Shown here in pieces: positions 19,144 through 29,567 of a DNA stretch of 38,355 nt (the stretch's first letter is position 1; each line of letters begins with the position of its first letter). The stretch is from Firmicutes bacterium UBA5473 (GTDB lineage Bacteria; Bacillota; DTU084). Position numbers and translations under genes: made by a program. The notes below the pieces were generated by a model. That model saw only the letters and a program-made list of their open reading frames with translations, ran no database searches and was not told the origin of the DNA. The stretch is taken from positions 6,377 to 44,731 of the forward strand of contig DIQB01000014.1 in the NCBI GenBank assembly GCA_002427165.1. The letters run 5' to 3'.

Positions 19144-20580
19144 ATGGATTTTAAGCCTATCTGTAAGTATTGGCTGGTCTTGCTAACTTTATTGGCATTA
19201 AGTGCCAGTGCAGCCGATTTGACTGTAGATGGTTCCATCGGCAGCGAACTATATAGTTCTCCAGAAACTGGTTTTATCGCAGGAATGCGATACCAAGTAT
19301 ATACTACTGTAAGAAGCAAGACTAGGCCGATCAATGTTCGAGTTATAGCCTTTTATCAAAATGAAGAGGAAATCAGGGAGTTCAAACAAGCAAACTGGCT
19401 TTCTTTTACTCCTACAATTGATTGGGCATCCGTTTCTTTAAGAGGAAACCTATATCACAATGGTCCTTTATGCACATTAAATATAGGTAATATTGTAGCA
19501 GAGTATTCACCTTTTCTGTGGTGGTTATCGGATGACCTTGAATTAGATTTTCGTACTCCTAAGCCAAGAGGAATTTCTTTAGAAAAATTAAAATTAGGTA
19601 ATTTTGAAGTTGATGGCTTAAGTGTATGGGAAGCATTGGAACCAAATGATAGTCGAAATACAATAGGAGTACGAATTGCTTATAACCCAAATAGAAACTC
19701 AAGGAGCGAAATTATATATTTGAATACAGGCCAACGAAGTCAACTTCAAGAAAAACCTCAAATAGCATATAGTCTTGATCTTACCCGTAAGATTGCTATG
19801 TTTAATCTGGGAGTCATCTATGCAAGTGAAGAAAATGAAACAGAAACATCGGAACTGATCGATTCTAACATAAGTGTTGATGTTGATGATTACAAACTTT
19901 CGCTCTTTTATCGAAACTATTCACAAGGATTTAACCCAGCTTATCGGTTAACTAGACCAGAATTTGATCCTCAGACCGGTAAGTATTTAGGTTGGAATCC
20001 TGTTGATAAATATTCGGGGCTAGTTGGTACCCAACTTTTATTTTTAGATAATGAAACCCAAGGCAAAAATCTTTATTCATCGTATGAAAAGTACCATAAC
20101 ATAAAAGACGGTACTGACTTGAATATAATTTCCTTTAAGATTAATGTACCAATCAAATCATCAACTATACAATTCAGAACGAAATTAAATGCTATCCATA
20201 AGGAAATCGGTTTTGGTATCCCCAGTCATATTGAAAGTTCCATAACGGAGATCATATATGAAAAACCGCTTAGGGGAGATTTAAAATTATTACTTAGCAA
20301 CAGAAATATCCTGGAGGAAGATGATAGAAGAGTTTATGGAACATATGGGCTAAAGGGAGTTACGAAATTGGGAGCATCATGGGAAGCTGGACGTAGGTCC
20401 TTGCCTAACAATAAACAATGGTATTCAAAGATGAAGTATACTTCTCCTAATGGCATAAACGTACAATGGAATTATGCTAGCCCAGAGATCCCACAAACGT
20501 CGAAATATGACTATGATGATGAATATAACTTGATTGAATGGGATAATTTGTTGAGAATTTGGGTTGAAGTCGACTTTTGA
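19144..20580 (+). CDS. Putative outer-membrane beta-barrel protein (unknown family), paralog 1
   Basis: Signal peptide (ASA-A), alternating aromatic/hydrophobic strands, BAM-like C-terminus LRIWVEVDF. Homologous to 20598-22010. Confidence 0.6.
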   Translation: MDFKPICKYWLVLLTLLALSASAADLTVDGSIGSELYSSPETGFIAGMRYQVYTTVRSKTRPINVRVIAFYQNEEEIREFKQANWLSFTPTIDWASVSLRGNLYHNGPLCTLNIGNIVAEYSPFLWWLSDDLELDFRTPKPRGISLEKLKLGNFEVDGLSVWEALEPNDSRNTIGVRIAYNPNRNSRSEIIYLNTGQRSQLQEKPQIAYSLDLTRKIAMFNLGVIYASEENETETSELIDSNISVDVDDYKLSLFYRNYSQGFNPAYRLTRPEFDPQTGKYLGWNPVDKYSGLVGTQLLFLDNETQGKNLYSSYEKYHNIKDGTDLNIISFKINVPIKSSTIQFRTKLNAIHKEIGFGIPSHIESSITEIIYEKPLRGDLKLLLSNRNILEEDDRRVYGTYGLKGVTKLGASWEAGRRSLPNNKQWYSKMKYTSPNGINVQWNYASPEIPQTSKYDYDDEYNLIEWDNLLRIWVEVDF

Positions 20581-20597
20581 GTATCGGAGGTGAGAAA

Positions 20598-22010
20598 ATG
20601 TGTAGAGGTGTAAGGAATATCACAATTATTTCCTTCCTAGTCCTCACATGCGTTTGTTTTGCTGAAATACCTTTAAATATAAGTGGACAAATGCAAACTG
20701 CGCTTTGGTACGCGCCTGAGACAGAATTTAAAACTAACAATTATATTTATTTAACTACTGTATTTAAAACAGACAGTACACCAAGATTCGATGGACGATT
20801 TGCTTGGAAATTTCAATCTACGGATAGAGGTTTTGATGCACCGTTTGATAAACTGCTTACGCCCGCAATTTCAAGATCTACCATAGAAATTAATGGTCCT
20901 ATTTATTTTCAGCTCCCGGGGTATAAAATTACTGCAGGAAATGCTTCATTTAATTTGTCACCATATATTGCTCAGAATAATTATGATAACGCAGTAGGCC
21001 TTAGGGGCTATACGGTCACTAATTTGATGTTTGCTGGGATTAAATTTGATGGGTTTTATGGTTGGCATCCCGCAGTATTAGATAAAGCGGGGTTTGGACT
21101 TAAAGGACAAAAAAAAATTAATAACTATACTTTCACAGCTATTGGTGCAGGAACAAGAGAAAAGAGAAAAGGAAACGAAAGCGGTTGGAATTATTTAGAC
21201 CAAGCTCTACTCTCTGAACTTAATATAAGAAGACGCTCTGGTTCAATTAATGCTATGATAGCCGCGAATAAAAAAGAAGATAATCTATATTGGATAAGAC
21301 AATTTATAATTACAGGTAGGATTATTAATTTCTGGCAATACGAACTAGATTTATTTGATTTTGATAAGGAATATGATCCTACATATAGAAACAGGCAGAA
21401 AGAATACATTATCTCTGGTTTTAATCCATACTATTATGGGATAAATCCACTTGATAAATATACAGATCGCTTGGGTGGGAAAATCAGGTTTACGGGGAAT
21501 ATAAAAAGCACTCCAACAAAAGTTGAGTACGGAGTTTATAAATTGAAATCTAAAGAGCAATTGGTAAATAGGTTAATAGTTGAGCAAGAGCATCGTCTGA
21601 AAAAATGGGGGTGTCGAACATCTCTAGATTATGAACTGCAGAAAGATGAAACTGAAATAAATAACACAACAAAAATTGCAATAACTGCAGAAAACAAATC
21701 ACCCTTAGTCTTTGTTCCAGGGATTAGTTTCTCTGCAATCAGCTCCAGAGCTAATAATCTTGCTTTGGAAATGATTTTAGGTATTACTTCCAAAAAGTAT
21801 GGAGTTAAGTTATTCGGAGGTTTTAGTACAGATAATGGTGTTTTTCAAAAAAAAGTATTGGGTGAAATTACATCACCCCTGGGATTCACGGTTTCATTAG
21901 GGTTTTCATCTCCAAATACGATTGAAGATGAAGATTTTTATTACGATAAAGATGGTAAGCTTATATATAGAGATAATTTTTTTCTAATAAAGCATTCTTT
22001 ATTTTTTTGA
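20598..22010 (+). CDS. Putative outer-membrane beta-barrel protein (unknown family), paralog 2
   Basis: GGAGGTG RBS, signal peptide, C-terminus FLIKHSLFF. Shares TPxI, G...SP(F/Y), RG, P.YR, G.NP.DKY...G, TSP.G and DN near the C-terminus with 19144-20580. Confidence 0.6.
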   Translation: MCRGVRNITIISFLVLTCVCFAEIPLNISGQMQTALWYAPETEFKTNNYIYLTTVFKTDSTPRFDGRFAWKFQSTDRGFDAPFDKLLTPAISRSTIEINGPIYFQLPGYKITAGNASFNLSPYIAQNNYDNAVGLRGYTVTNLMFAGIKFDGFYGWHPAVLDKAGFGLKGQKKINNYTFTAIGAGTREKRKGNESGWNYLDQALLSELNIRRRSGSINAMIAANKKEDNLYWIRQFIITGRIINFWQYELDLFDFDKEYDPTYRNRQKEYIISGFNPYYYGINPLDKYTDRLGGKIRFTGNIKSTPTKVEYGVYKLKSKEQLVNRLIVEQEHRLKKWGCRTSLDYELQKDETEINNTTKIAITAENKSPLVFVPGISFSAISSRANNLALEMILGITSKKYGVKLFGGFSTDNGVFQKKVLGEITSPLGFTVSLGFSSPNTIEDEDFYYDKDGKLIYRDNFFLIKHSLFF

Positions 22011-22104
22011 AAGAAAAGAGAAGGGAAGATTATCAGGCTAGACAATTAAATTTTATAAGAAAGGAAGAAATTTCTTAACAGCATTGAAAGGGTTGTTTTG
22101 GCGT

Positions 22105-24912
22105 ATGGTTAATGCTAAAAAGGTAAAGATCATTTATTTTCTAACTATCATCTGCATAGGAACTTCTAGTTCTTTAGCATCTACATTTAGAACAGGTTCC
22201 AGTATATTTCCAACGCTACCAGTAGAGTGGGATGTTTCCCCCAAACAATTTGCTCTAGAGCAAATTACTATAAATAATAACGAAACTAGCTATTCCGTAT
22301 TATCCAGCCAAGGTTTTGTTGATATTATAGATTTTGATCAGCAAATTGAATTGCCAACTGAGGAAATGGTAATATCAGAGAATAATAATCGTATAAAGAT
22401 GTGCCAAGAAAGCATAAATGGAGAAGTATCAGTTATACAAAGACTAGAGGGATATGAGGATAGGTTATCGTGGAAGGTCTCTATAGCGAATAATATTCAA
22501 AAGGATGTAAAGCTCAAGATTACCTTGAAATTGCCAATCATAGCTGCTAATGATTTTAACTATTGGGATGGATATGAAGTTCATAGTTTAACAGAAGGGG
22601 TAATCAAAAGAAATACGCTTATACAAACATTCCCGGTGAGTTTTTTATACAATAATAACTTTGGCTTTGCCGTTGGTTTAGCTCCTGAAACTTTAATTTC
22701 TCATTTAGAAAATGGGATTGATGAGCAAGGGAACCTATTCTATTCGACGAAGGTTGCAATACTACCTAATATGGAGACTGACATTGAGTTTGTCTTTTTT
22801 GCGGTAAGGCCATACTTCGGACATTTGGATGCGATTAATGGTTATTATCGTCGTTTTCCCACATATTTTAAACCATCACCTGAAGTTGATCCCAGAATAA
22901 CATCTGTCGGTACAGGCGCTAGTTATAGTTCTCGTTATACACATGATCCTGGAGCAGTGAACAGGGTTGCGACAAGCATAGGTTCTTTTAATGGTACTTG
23001 GGATTGGGGTTATGCTCCTTTTAAAAGGTCGGGTGACTTTTATGGAAAGGAAGATTTATGGAACTGGGAAATGACAGAGGAGGAAGAAAGCGGTTTAGCT
23101 TCAAAGGTTGCTAGGGACTTTGATCTTTATGATATTTCTAATTTCCATAAACAGCGGAAAGATCTATTTGAAAACGCGGATCTAAGAGAAAACTGTAACC
23201 TTGCCTTTTATATGATTAATTGGATCGAAAAGAATTATGCTGAAGAAAATAATTGGTTGTATTACGTCTATCCCTATAACGGTACTCCAATAATTAATAA
23301 TTGGGTTACCGGTTTTAGTGCTGAATATCATATTTATCCCTGGGCAAGCCCTTTTGAAAGAATTGTTAAAACGGATCTTCCACTACTTATTGATGAATTA
23401 AACATCAATAGTATAGCATTTGACAATTATTTTAACAGTGCCGTTTATAGAGGTGAATTGGATTATCCGATTAAAGGATGGAGCTATGACTTAAGGGGTA
23501 AATATATTTCTACTGCAATTGGCATTAGATATTTTGCTGAATATGTAAAGCACATTGAGAAAAATGGTTTCAAAATCGGTATAATTGGTAATACGCTTTT
23601 TGATAAAGATAGTAATCATCAGGAATTTACAAGCACCTTTTTTGCAGATGCTTTTATAGTAGAAGGAAAATTCTTTGATAAATTAGGAAGAGGTGATAAG
23701 GATGCATTAGTTGATATTTTTTATAACCGTTATTTTGCAGGTCACAAGCCATTATATCTATGGAACCATTTTTATAATTTTAATATTGGTGATCATGTAA
23801 AATGGGAGAATATGTCGCCTGAAGAAATTCGCATACTCTATCAAAATGTCTTAAGGGAGATAATTCAGTGCTCTTATCAGTATGGTTTCATTCCAACAAC
23901 TGGAACTGTTGGTGGAAATGAGCTTATTATAAAAGAAATGCCTATAATATTGGATGTTCAAATGCGTGGTTTTGAGCCATTACCAGCTACTAAAGGTAAT
24001 GAAAGCCTTCTGAGGCAACGTTATGGTTTGGGATTAAACAGCGCTATTGTAATTTCGAATCCAACTTCTCAAATCAAAGTAAGTCAGGAAAAAATATATA
24101 ATCGCTATTTATCTGATTATGAAGTTTTACCTGGAGATTATTTGGGCAAATCTCTTGAGTTCTCAGTTGCTAATAATGAAACTACTTTTAATATCAGTGT
24201 TGCTCCTATCCAGAATGAGATTGCAGTGTTTCCTTTGGGAATAAATTTTGAAGACAAAGAAACAAGGTTGTCAGGTGTTTCTTCAGGGAAAATAGGTATC
24301 GACAAGATCGAGTATAATTTTGTATTTGAAAGTAATAAGGCTACAGCTGTTGATTTATTAACAGCTTCTTCAGAAGGATGGAGCGTTGAGCAAATAATCA
24401 TTAATGGCCGGAAAGAAGAGGATGATAATAAGGCTAGTTTAATCAACGGTACTAATATTATCAAGGTTATATATAAGTCCAATGTTTTTAAAGTAACAGA
24501 AGATGACTTGTTGGAATTTAATTATTTGGATTCTGAAATAATCGTATCTAATGGATTAGATATACGCGAAAACGCTGCAGCGCAAATGATTCAAGGGTAT
24601 TTTGAACACAAGGAAAAGAGAACCATACCTATTCTTGAGGGAATTAGTGCCGATCCCCTAAAATACACAATCACATTCGAAAAGAGTAGCGATGTTTCTC
24701 AAAACGGTATATTCATATCGGATAGCGGAAAACTTTTAACAATAAGAGGGTTTGATTCTTTCGATATACAACAGAAAACTTGGAAGCTATTGCGTGTTCT
24801 AGATAAAAAATATCCCTTTTTGGGAACATTATCTTTTACTAATGCTAGGACTAAGGAAATGATGAAAAAAGCTGATTTGCTAGGCAAGCCCGCATTGATT
24901 ATCGAAGACTAA
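22105..24912 (+). CDS. Large secreted protein of unrecognised family (candidate glycoside hydrolase), paralog 1
   Basis: Signal peptide, beta-sandwich-like N-part, Trp/Tyr-rich central domain (WDWGYAPFKRSGD, SIAFDNY, FADAFIVE). Strongly similar along its length to 25905-29360. Confidence 0.7.
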   Translation: MVNAKKVKIIYFLTIICIGTSSSLASTFRTGSSIFPTLPVEWDVSPKQFALEQITINNNETSYSVLSSQGFVDIIDFDQQIELPTEEMVISENNNRIKMCQESINGEVSVIQRLEGYEDRLSWKVSIANNIQKDVKLKITLKLPIIAANDFNYWDGYEVHSLTEGVIKRNTLIQTFPVSFLYNNNFGFAVGLAPETLISHLENGIDEQGNLFYSTKVAILPNMETDIEFVFFAVRPYFGHLDAINGYYRRFPTYFKPSPEVDPRITSVGTGASYSSRYTHDPGAVNRVATSIGSFNGTWDWGYAPFKRSGDFYGKEDLWNWEMTEEEESGLASKVARDFDLYDISNFHKQRKDLFENADLRENCNLAFYMINWIEKNYAEENNWLYYVYPYNGTPIINNWVTGFSAEYHIYPWASPFERIVKTDLPLLIDELNINSIAFDNYFNSAVYRGELDYPIKGWSYDLRGKYISTAIGIRYFAEYVKHIEKNGFKIGIIGNTLFDKDSNHQEFTSTFFADAFIVEGKFFDKLGRGDKDALVDIFYNRYFAGHKPLYLWNHFYNFNIGDHVKWENMSPEEIRILYQNVLREIIQCSYQYGFIPTTGTVGGNELIIKEMPIILDVQMRGFEPLPATKGNESLLRQRYGLGLNSAIVISNPTSQIKVSQEKIYNRYLSDYEVLPGDYLGKSLEFSVANNETTFNISVAPIQNEIAVFPLGINFEDKETRLSGVSSGKIGIDKIEYNFVFESNKATAVDLLTASSEGWSVEQIIINGRKEEDDNKASLINGTNIIKVIYKSNVFKVTEDDLLEFNYLDSEIIVSNGLDIRENAAAQMIQGYFEHKEKRTIPILEGISADPLKYTITFEKSSDVSQNGIFISDSGKLLTIRGFDSFDIQQKTWKLLRVLDKKYPFLGTLSFTNARTKEMMKKADLLGKPALIIED

Positions 24913-24971
24913 GTAATTTTTGATAAGTAAAGATTAAAGAAAACTACGATAATCTCAATCGAGGATACTGT

Positions 24972-25090
24972 TGGAGTGCAATAATTAAAATACCATTTAG
25001 CGAATAGAGAATAACAAAATTGAAGGACATTATGTTTAATCTTGCTCGTAGTGAAAGCAAAATGGAGAAAGGATTTCATGTATTACTATA
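24972..25090 (+). pseudogene. Degenerate remnant of a C-terminal CBM9-like domain
   Basis: WSAIIKIPFSE*RITKLKDIMFNLARSE aligns without gaps to WSVEIKIPFSELNNSNAKSWRFNIARGE at 29190-29273. After a frameshift, QNGERISC aligns to PNGEWSSW. Confidence 0.75.
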
Positions 25091-25386
25091 AGACTTTCAG
25101 ATTTTTTCAGTTCCCTGTATTTAGCATAGAGTATTCTGTTTGTAGGGATAAAATAAAGTCAGTTCAAGTCAATGAACCATTTAGAAAACTTAATTTAGGT
25201 ATAAAAATGAATAAGGTTTTGTTCTATCCACATTTTTTCTTTCTATCATCGTGAATATCTCTTTCGCTAATGTTTATTATAGTACCCATTAGTTTTTGAA
25301 GAAGGAAAAGGAAAGGTCGATACGAGGTTCAAAATCCTACTTTTGCAGCCTGAAATAGTCCTCCAAAGCGCATGATGGCAATCACT

Positions 25387-25635
25387 CGTTTTTTTGAATT
25401 GCCCAAGTTTGCTTGGCACAAATTCCTAATGCTACTAATTGCTGCTTCTATCCATAAAGTTGTACCATTGACGAATCCATGTTTGAGCGAAACGGAAATA
25501 ATTCTGTGGAGTTATTAGCCAGCTTAAAAGTTAATGCTAGAAACTGTTATCATAAGGGATTTTGAATGTTTATGCTGATATGACGAGTATAGTATTATTC
25601 CAGTTGATTTTGCGCTATTTAGTTCAAATCAAAGC
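25387..25635 (+). mobile_element. Degraded IS4-family (DDE) transposase fragment
   Basis: Frame-shifted pieces RF.N..FAWHKFL, DESMFERNGNNSVELLA, CYHKGF*M and SIIPVDFALFSS resemble Firmicute IS4-type motifs DDSxxERNRSKxVELLA / YxKGFRML / FIPVDFxLLSS. Confidence 0.65.
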
Positions 25636-25904
25636 TTCGTAGGGGCTCTATTGATAACTCAGCTAAAGAATTTATGGTATACCGCTATATTTTAGGGTTA
25701 TGTCTGAATAAGCTCCAAAGTTGAGTTGATGAAATGAAGAAGGAAAGGAAGATGTACGGCCTGGACATAGCTGACTTTTGGGGTAGCAATTTTGCAATGG
25801 GGTAGTCAAATCCTAAGGTAATATCTAAATAAGAATAGCTATATAAGTTTTATGACAAATCATTTTAATGATAAAAGTTACTAGAAAGGGGATTAAACGA
25901 CGCA

Positions 25905-28900
25905 ATGATTAAGGCAAAAAGAATAATAATCACGGGTTTTCTTATTGCTCTGTGTATAGTGACTTCAAATGCTTTTGCATTTTCATTAAACACTGGATCT
26001 AGTATATATCCAACACAACCGGCGAAGTGGGATTTTTCGTCTTCAAATTTTTCTCTGGAGCAAATAACTATAATTGATGGTTCGGCTAGTTATTGCTTTT
26101 TATCTAGTCTCGGATCTATTGAAATAATTGATTTTGATGAGCAGATTGAATTACCACCTGGAGAAATAGAAATATCCGAGGATAAGAATCTTATGAAAAT
26201 ATCTCAAGAAAGTTCCGGTGGAGAAGTAACGGTCACAAAAAAGGTAGAGGGTTATGAAGATAGGATTTCATGTAAGGTTTCAGTTAAAAATAATATTCAG
26301 CGAGATGTTAAATTAGAAATAGTTTTAAGGTTACCTGTAAAGGTCACGAATGACTTTAATTATTGGGATGGAAATATAGTTCATAGTATATCGGATGGAA
26401 TAATTAAAAGGAGTACACTGCCAAACACCTTTCCTTTGAGCTTTTTATATAATGATAAATTCGGCTTTGCGGTAGGCTTAGCGCCTGATACATTGATTTC
26501 GCAATTGGAAAATGGTATTGATGGGGAACATAACTTATATTACTCTACTAAGGTTGCGATATTACCAGCAATGGAAACTGAAATAGAGTTTATTCTTTTT
26601 ACAGCAAGACCAAGTTTTGGACATTTAGAGGCGCTCAACGGATACTATCGTCGTTTTCCTACTTATTTTGAACCATCACCTGGAGTTGACCCTAGGTTAA
26701 CATCAATGGGTACAGGCGCTAGTTATAGTTCTCGTTATACAGTCGATTCAACAAAGGCTAAACGAATTGGAACGATATTAGGTGCATTCAATTCTACCTG
26801 GGATTGGGGGTATGCTCCTTTTAAGAGGTCAGGAGATTTCTGGGGTAGAGAAGAGCTATGGAATTATGAAATGACAGAAGGAGACGCCGCCAAGTTGGCT
26901 AGCCGTGTTGATAGAGACCTCGATTATTACGATCTAAATAACTTTCATAAACAGCGTAAGGCATTGTTCGAAAATGCTGACCTGATAGAGAACTGCAACC
27001 TCGCATTTTATCTTATAAATTGGGTTGAGCGAAATTATGTTGAAGAAAAAGGATGGTTAAAGTACGTTTATCCATATCAAGGCACTCCATTGCTTAGCAA
27101 TTGGGTGACTGGTCATGCATCTGAATATCATATTTATCCTTGGGCAAGTCCTTTTGAAGATATTCTTAAAAAGGATATTCCACTCCTTCTTGATGAACTT
27201 AATATGAATTCTATAGCGTATGATAATTATTTTAACAATGCTATTTATCGAGGTGAGTTGGATTACCCCATTGAGGGCTGGAGCTATGATATGAGAGGCA
27301 AATATATAACTACGGCGATTGGCTTTAGATATTTTGTGGAATATTTGAAGCAGCTGGATAAGGATGGCTTCACACCAGGGCTTATCGGTAATACTCATTT
27401 TAGCCAGGGAAGTGTAGGTGCTGAATTTACTAGTGCATTTTTCGCAGATGCCTTTATATTAGAAACAAAGCTATATAACGGGGTTGACAGAGAAGATAAA
27501 GATGCTTTGGACGATCTGTTTTACAATCGGTATTTTGTTGGTCACAAACCTGTATATCTATGGAACCATTTTTACCAATTGAACATTGGAGAGATTTACG
27601 ATTGGGAATCTCTATCGCCTGAAGAAATTCGTTTATTATATCAAAACAACCTTAGGAATATTATTCAAGCGTCGTATCAATATGGATTCATTCCAGTATA
27701 TAATGCTGTTGTTGGAAATGAGCTAATGATTCAGGAAATGCCGACCATATTAGACATCCAGATGAGGGGATTTGAGCCATTATCTGCTTCCAAAGGTAGT
27801 GAAGAATTTTTAAGACAACGATACGGAACTGGATTAAAGAGTGCTATCGTAATCTCTAATCCAACTTCTGAAAGCAAAACGACGAAGGAGAAAGTTCAGA
27901 ATCGTTATTTGTCAGAGTTTGAGATTTTGCCTGCGAATTATTTTGGTAATTCTTTAGAGTTCTCATTGGTTAAGGGCGAGACTTCATTTGAAGCAACTAT
28001 TGCTCCTCTACAGAATATGATCACAATCGTTCCTCTTGGAATAAAAATTGATGATGAGGAAGTTAAATTAGAAGGCGTTTCTTCTGGACAAAAAGCCATT
28101 GATAAGAATCAATTCATCTTTGTATTAGAAAGTAATAAAGATACAAACGTTGAATTTTCACCATCCGATTCAGTTGATTGGAGAATCTCGGAGTTGATTG
28201 TCAACGATCAAATAATATCACATCCATATAGGGCATTGTTAGTGGAAGGAACTAATATAATAAAGGTGATATATCAGTCAAGTATTTTTAAAGCAAGTGA
28301 AGATGCACTCCTAGGATTTAATTATCTTGATGCTGAAATACTTATATCTAGCGAGGCCGACATTAGGGAGAAAGCTGCAGCTCAGATGCTTCAAGGGTAT
28401 TTCGAAGTTAAGGAAAATCAAACAATACCCATTCGTACGGGGATTAGAGTTGATCCTACTGAACATACGATTGTATTTGAAAAGAGCAATGATGGTTTAA
28501 AAAATGGTATATTTATCTCTAACAGCGGTAAGCTAATAACCATAAGAGGACAAAACTCTTTCCAAATACAACAGGATACTTGGAAGTTATTAAGAGTGCT
28601 TGATAAAAAATATCCATACCTTGGTGCTTTGTATTTTAATAATAAGGCTACTAAGGAAATGATTAAAAAAGCAGGTCTTGAAGGTAAGCCTGCGTTAATA
28701 ATAGAAGACGAGGATTATGTTCAAGAGGTTTCTAAAAAAGAGGAAGAAATGGAATTCATTTCAAGTGATAACCTTCCTGTAGTAAAAATAAATCATTTTA
28801 ATAATACCCCAATTTTGGATGGGAAACTAGATGAGGATGTGTGGCAAAATGCGATAGTCATCGATGATTTTATTCTTTTATCGGGAGGGGAGCCAACGCA

Positions 28901-29360
28901 AAAAACAATTACTAAGATTTTCTATACTGATGAGGCACTTTATCTAGGTTTTACTTGCTATGAGAAAAATATGGATCAAATATTTAGTTATATAACTGAA
29001 CATGATGGTCCTGTGTGGAAAGATGATGACGTGGAAATATTTTTAGCGCCAGGAATTGATGAGCTGTCTGAAAAATATCCATATTATCAATTTATTGTTA
29101 ATCCAATTGGAACCCAGTGGGAAGCTTATAACAAAAATGTGGACTATAATGGTAATTGGGTTGCAGCAACACAGAAAGAAAAAGATTATTGGTCTGTAGA
29201 AATCAAGATACCATTTTCCGAGTTAAATAATAGCAATGCTAAAAGCTGGCGTTTTAATATTGCTCGTGGCGAAAAACCAAACGGTGAATGGAGCTCCTGG
29301 GCCCCATTGAAGAAAATCCTAGATCAACCAGCTTTGTTTGGTGTGCTTTATTTCGAATGA
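25905..29360 (+). CDS. Large secreted protein of unrecognised family (candidate glycoside hydrolase), paralog 2, with C-terminal CBM9/DOMON-like domain
   Basis: Signal peptide (NAFA-F), same core as 22105-24912, plus PILDGKLDEDVW...YTDEALYLGF.C...VWKDDDVEIF...YQFIVNPIG...WSVEIKIPFSEL...WRFN (CBM9-like). Confidence 0.75.
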   Translation: MIKAKRIIITGFLIALCIVTSNAFAFSLNTGSSIYPTQPAKWDFSSSNFSLEQITIIDGSASYCFLSSLGSIEIIDFDEQIELPPGEIEISEDKNLMKISQESSGGEVTVTKKVEGYEDRISCKVSVKNNIQRDVKLEIVLRLPVKVTNDFNYWDGNIVHSISDGIIKRSTLPNTFPLSFLYNDKFGFAVGLAPDTLISQLENGIDGEHNLYYSTKVAILPAMETEIEFILFTARPSFGHLEALNGYYRRFPTYFEPSPGVDPRLTSMGTGASYSSRYTVDSTKAKRIGTILGAFNSTWDWGYAPFKRSGDFWGREELWNYEMTEGDAAKLASRVDRDLDYYDLNNFHKQRKALFENADLIENCNLAFYLINWVERNYVEEKGWLKYVYPYQGTPLLSNWVTGHASEYHIYPWASPFEDILKKDIPLLLDELNMNSIAYDNYFNNAIYRGELDYPIEGWSYDMRGKYITTAIGFRYFVEYLKQLDKDGFTPGLIGNTHFSQGSVGAEFTSAFFADAFILETKLYNGVDREDKDALDDLFYNRYFVGHKPVYLWNHFYQLNIGEIYDWESLSPEEIRLLYQNNLRNIIQASYQYGFIPVYNAVVGNELMIQEMPTILDIQMRGFEPLSASKGSEEFLRQRYGTGLKSAIVISNPTSESKTTKEKVQNRYLSEFEILPANYFGNSLEFSLVKGETSFEATIAPLQNMITIVPLGIKIDDEEVKLEGVSSGQKAIDKNQFIFVLESNKDTNVEFSPSDSVDWRISELIVNDQIISHPYRALLVEGTNIIKVIYQSSIFKASEDALLGFNYLDAEILISSEADIREKAAAQMLQGYFEVKENQTIPIRTGIRVDPTEHTIVFEKSNDGLKNGIFISNSGKLITIRGQNSFQIQQDTWKLLRVLDKKYPYLGALYFNNKATKEMIKKAGLEGKPALIIEDEDYVQEVSKKEEEMEFISSDNLPVVKINHFNNTPILDGKLDEDVWQNAIVIDDFILLSGGEPTQKTITKIFYTDEALYLGFTCYEKNMDQIFSYITEHDGPVWKDDDVEIFLAPGIDELSEKYPYYQFIVNPIGTQWEAYNKNVDYNGNWVAATQKEKDYWSVEIKIPFSELNNSNAKSWRFNIARGEKPNGEWSSWAPLKKILDQPALFGVLYFE

Positions 29361-29469
29361 TTTTTTCGTAGATGCAGTAGCTTATTTTCCAAGTGGTGGA
29401 CGATGGCCCCTCAGAGCTTCAAACTACCTAATGCTTCATTGAGAAAGAGCTAGTGTAGTAGACGATTAA

Positions 29470-29547
29470 GGAAAAGATGGAGATGAGCTGAGAGATTCAA
29501 GTCCGTTTCCATGAGAGGGAGGGCTTAAAATCCCTTAACCTTTTGAT
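29470..29547 (+). mobile_element. Possible degenerate group II intron 3' end (domains V-VI)
   Basis: GATGAGCTGAGAGATTCAAGTCCGTTTCCATGAGAGGGAGGGCTTAAAATCCCTTAACCTTTTGAT resembles the DV (GAGA tetraloop, AA bulge)/DVI pattern. The catalytic triad is disrupted and no RT ORF is present. Confidence 0.4.
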
Positions 29548-29567
29548 AAATAAATGGAGGTATCAAG

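Noticed and set aside
19144-22010. SusC/TonB-dependent receptors
   Set aside because: About 475 aa each, with no plug or TonB-box motifs and no SusD-like lipoprotein.
25042-25254. 70-aa ORF
   Set aside because: It overlaps the CBM9 remnant in another frame and has no RBS or family motif.
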